A stretch of 64,000 bases of DNA from Sedimentisphaerales bacterium (lineage in GTDB: Bacteria; Planctomycetota; Phycisphaerae; Sedimentisphaerales; Anaerobacaceae), in the NCBI GenBank assembly GCA_963708075.1, contig OY970194.1:4320001-4384000 (forward strand), read 5' to 3'. Below are positions 62,286 through 64,000 of this stretch, piece after piece; the first letter of the stretch is position 1; each line of letters starts with the position of its first letter. Position numbers and translations under genes: made by a program. The notes below the pieces were generated by a model, which was not told the origin of the DNA, made no database searches, and saw only the letters and a program-made list of their open reading frames with translations.

Positions 62286-63320
62286 ATGCTTAAGATCGCA
62301 GTGGTTGGTTGCGGCTACTGGGGCCCTAACCTCGCGAGGAATCTCAACGCGTTGACGGATTGTCAGGTATCAGCAGCGTGCGACACAGACCCGGTCCGGC
62401 TGGCGCACATGAAGAAGCTGTATCCGAGCCTCGAGATGTGCAACGATTTCGACGGACTCCTCGAGCGCCCGGATATCGACGCCGTGGTGGTCGCCACTCC
62501 GACCCGCCTGCATTATCCCATGGCCCGCAAGATCCTGGAGTCCGGCAGACACGTGCTCGTGGAAAAGCCCATGGCCGGCTCCACTCAAGAGTGCGTCGAA
62601 CTGCTCCAGCTTGCCCAGGACAAGAAGCTGATCCTGATGGTCGGCCATACGTTCATCTACTCACCCACAGTGAGGAAGATCAAGGAAATCATCCGCCATG
62701 GGGACTTGGGCGAACTGCAGTACGTCAGCGCGCGGCGGCTCAACCTCGGCCTGTTCCAAACGGACATCAACGTGGCATGGGACCTTGCACCCCATGACAT
62801 CTCGATCATCCTCTACATCCTGGGTCAAATGCCGACCGGGGTCAACTGCCAAGGCAAGGCCCATGTGACGGCCGGCATCGAAGACGTGACCAACATGACC
62901 CTGACGTTTGCCAACGGGGCATTTGCCCTGATTCACAATAGCTGGCTCGATCCGAATAAGATTCGCCAGATGACATTCGTGGGCAAACGCAAGATGCTGG
63001 CCTATGACGATATCGAGCCCTTGGAGAAGATCCGAATCTATGACAAGCGGGTGGAAGTGCCGGAGCACTATGACTCGTTTGCCGAGTTCCACTTCTCCTA
63101 CCATCACGGGGACATATATTCCCCCTACGTCAGGCAGGTGGAATCGCTCAGCCTGGAATGCCAGCACTTTGTGGACTGCATCCACACGGGCGCCAAGCCG
63201 GAGTCGAGTGGTCTCGAAGGATTACAGGTGGTACAAGTGCTCGAGGCCGCGTCGAAATCACTCAAGACTGACGGCGGAAGGGTGGAACTCGAGTCAATCC
63301 CGGCCCTGAGCACCGCTTGA
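62286..63320 (+). CDS. Gfo/Idh/MocA oxidoreductase (nucleotide-sugar pathway type)
   Basis: VVGCGYWG, HVLVEKP and WDLAPHD. Confidence 0.9.
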   Translation: MLKIAVVGCGYWGPNLARNLNALTDCQVSAACDTDPVRLAHMKKLYPSLEMCNDFDGLLERPDIDAVVVATPTRLHYPMARKILESGRHVLVEKPMAGSTQECVELLQLAQDKKLILMVGHTFIYSPTVRKIKEIIRHGDLGELQYVSARRLNLGLFQTDINVAWDLAPHDISIILYILGQMPTGVNCQGKAHVTAGIEDVTNMTLTFANGAFALIHNSWLDPNKIRQMTFVGKRKMLAYDDIEPLEKIRIYDKRVEVPEHYDSFAEFHFSYHHGDIYSPYVRQVESLSLECQHFVDCIHTGAKPESSGLEGLQVVQVLEAASKSLKTDGGRVELESIPALSTA

Positions 63321-63431
63321 TCGGGAGTGCAACACGAGTGACTTTGCCCCGGAAACCACAACGCTCGACAGACTGGCCTGCCTTCCAAGACCGAAAATGT
63401 GAAGTCAGGACAATCTGACGGGAGAGATACC

Positions 63432-64000
63432 GTGCATTGTGCAAGATATTTGAGACAATTGTCTGCTCTCCTGCTCATCATCGGCCTCTTATATACGAGT
63501 TACAGACTCGACGCGGCCAGGCGAGAGGCAGATCACTACAAGAAGGAGTATGGGTACCGGACACCCACCGTGGGCTTGACCGGCTGTGTATGCAAGAGCG
63601 ATCCATGGAAAGGAATTCTTATCGACTGCACCATCTCGTTCACGGATGGAGCACACAACCTGCAGCCGTTTGACATCGACGGTGATGGGGACCTGGAACT
63701 CGTCGCAAACTCCTTTCGGTCGGACAACCTCATGATATACGACCGCGCACGCAACCTGCACAATCCGCAGCACTGGACAAGACATGTGATTGATCCACGG
63801 GTCGGCGGCGGCTTCACCTGGCATCCTGTGAGTGCGTATGTCAAAGCTCAGATCAAGCGAATGCTCACTGAGGGATACGTCGCCGGAGGGGCTCACTACA
63901 CCGCGATCGCCGATCTGACCGGCGACGGCAGAGCCGACATGGTGGTCGCGGGGGATGAAATGCGCAACGATGTCGCCTGGTATGAGGCCGTCGGCGAAGC
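63432..64000 (+). CDS. FG-GAP/VCBS-repeat protein, runs off the window (absent from the ORF track)
   Basis: GGGAGAG RBS and GTG start; N-terminal TM helix; FDIDGDGDLELV and ADLTGDGRADMV repeats; no stop before 64000. Confidence 0.8.
   Translation, partial: MHCARYLRQLSALLLIIGLLYTSYRLDAARREADHYKKEYGYRTPTVGLTGCVCKSDPWKGILIDCTISFTDGAHNLQPFDIDGDGDLELVANSFRSDNLMIYDRARNLHNPQHWTRHVIDPRVGGGFTWHPVSAYVKAQIKRMLTEGYVAGGAHYTAIADLTGDGRADMVVAGDEMRNDVAWYEAVGE

Overview
A GC-rich 64 kb bacterial chromosomal segment. Gene content (Tat-exported sulfatase, many carbohydrate-active enzymes, URO-D-family proteins, a DUF1080 protein and a PEP-CTERM-type sorting tail) suggests an anaerobic planctomycete, probably Phycisphaerae; that assignment is inference. 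It carries about 40 CDS, three tRNAs (Ser-GGA, Glu-CTC, Met-CAT), a DUF433/DUF5615 toxin-antitoxin pair, a three-gene PAS two-component cascade, a Gfo/Idh/MocA + TIM-barrel + DUF1080 sugar cluster and the start of a Wza/Wzc exopolysaccharide locus. No transposase, integrase or CRISPR array is visible. Four things stand out. (1) A translationally coupled four-gene AmmeMemoRadiSam operon: a radical SAM enzyme, an unannotated 74-aa twin-arginine peptide, a lipoprotein Memo-AMMECR1 fusion, and a 1288-aa membrane protein fusing a spermidine-synthase-like SAM domain, an FMN-binding domain and 4Fe-4S domains. (2) A nested system of non-autonomous repeats: TIR elements have inserted three times into the AAC-NN-GTT hairpin tip of one REPIN family, and each carries its own palindromic cargo. 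(3) A ~1770-aa Gly-rich autotransporter-passenger-like protein ending in a PEP-CTERM-like tail instead of a beta-barrel. (4) A priming glycosyltransferase with a degenerate GGDEF domain that keeps the RxxD I-site. Seven single-base frameshifts in otherwise intact genes most likely reflect assembly indel errors.
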